A model generated the notes under the pieces. It saw only the letters and a program-made list of their open reading frames with translations. It searched no databases and was not told the DNA's origin. The position numbers and the translations under genes are program-made. A stretch of DNA of 15,682 bases from a virus (Duplodnaviria; Heunggongvirae; Uroviricota; Caudoviricetes), in the IMG/VR virus record IMGVR_UViG_2526164665_000024, one strand, 5' to 3'. Of this stretch, positions 15,325-15,682 are shown in pieces. Within the stretch, counting starts at the first letter, position 1, and the number at the start of each line of letters is the position of its first letter.

Positions 15325-15619
15325 TTCAGGCGCTTCGCGAAGTATGTCGCGGCCTTTTGGAGGATAGCCAGCTCTTCATCCCGTTCTGCCAGCTGGCGTT
15401 TGAGACGTGCAATCTCGGTAGACATCTCCAGTTCACGTTCAGAAGACGTCTGCTGATTTTGCTGTTTACTGCGCCAGTTGTAGAGCTGTGATTCATACAG
15501 GCTGAGTTCACGGGCTGCGGCAGTAACACCGATGCGTTCAGCAAGCTTCAGGGCTTCACTGCGAAATTCAGGCGAATGCTGTTTACGGGGTTTTTACTGG
15601 TTGATACTGTTTTTGTCAT
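15321..15619 (-). pseudogene. insE: IS3 orfA (HTH transposase subunit), frameshifted by 1-nt deletion in homopolymer at 15591-15595
   Basis: Translation MTKTVSTSK then shift; canonical IS3 OrfA as recalled is MTKTVSTSKKPRKQHSPEFRSEALKLAERIGV...; window has AAAAACCCC where A6 is expected; downstream frame gives ...[37 protein letters not shown] with TGA overlapping orfB ATG. Confidence 0.85.
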
Positions 15620-15682
15620 GTGAGTCACCTCTGACTGAGAGTTTACTCACTTAGCCGCGTGTCCACTATTGCTGGGTAAGAT

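Larger units (their letters stand above)
14472..15682 (-). mobile_element. IS3 (IS3 family) insertion sequence, decayed copy, truncated by the window edge (about 2 bp missing)
   Basis: Terminal inverted repeat TGATCCTACCCACGTAATATGGACACAGG at 14472; other end ATCTTACCCAGCAATAGTGGACACGCGGCTAAG (reverse complement) at the window end; orfA/orfB translations match IS3 OrfA/OrfB as recalled; element length in window matches 1258 bp minus 45 bp of deletions. Confidence 0.9.

Noticed and set aside
1-15682. CRISPR arrays, rRNA genes, integrase or retron reverse transcriptase
   Set aside because: No regularly spaced direct repeats, no rRNA-like segments, and no ORF with tyrosine-recombinase or RT motifs; the element is a DDE-transposition phage, consistent with the absence of an integrase.

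Overview
The window holds the early/regulatory, semi-essential and lysis regions of a Mu-like transposable prophage, with phage genes on the minus strand and the repressor diverging on the plus strand. Right of the repressor lies a ~1.45 kb AT-rich, nearly ORF-free spacer (13017-14471) and then a decayed IS3 copy (14472 to window end). Calls rest on the sequence plus family signatures recalled from memory; no search was run. Firm calls: MuA-like DDE transposase (10075-12045), MuB-like AAA+ ATPase (8950-9882), Ner (12047-12295), repressor (12486-13016), Gam (7068-7597), SAR endolysin (1755-2255), TraR-type zinc finger (852-1079), IS3. At least six genes are broken by single-base deletions in A/T homopolymers, so the supplied ORF track splits or mis-extends them; this looks like assembly error rather than decay. 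I could not recognise any named defence or anti-defence system. The best candidates for uncharacterised cargo are an AT-rich four-gene island (3371-4518), a three-gene coupled block (5376-6970) and a tandem paralog pair (7609-8179), all of unknown function. No rRNA, tRNA or CRISPR array was seen.
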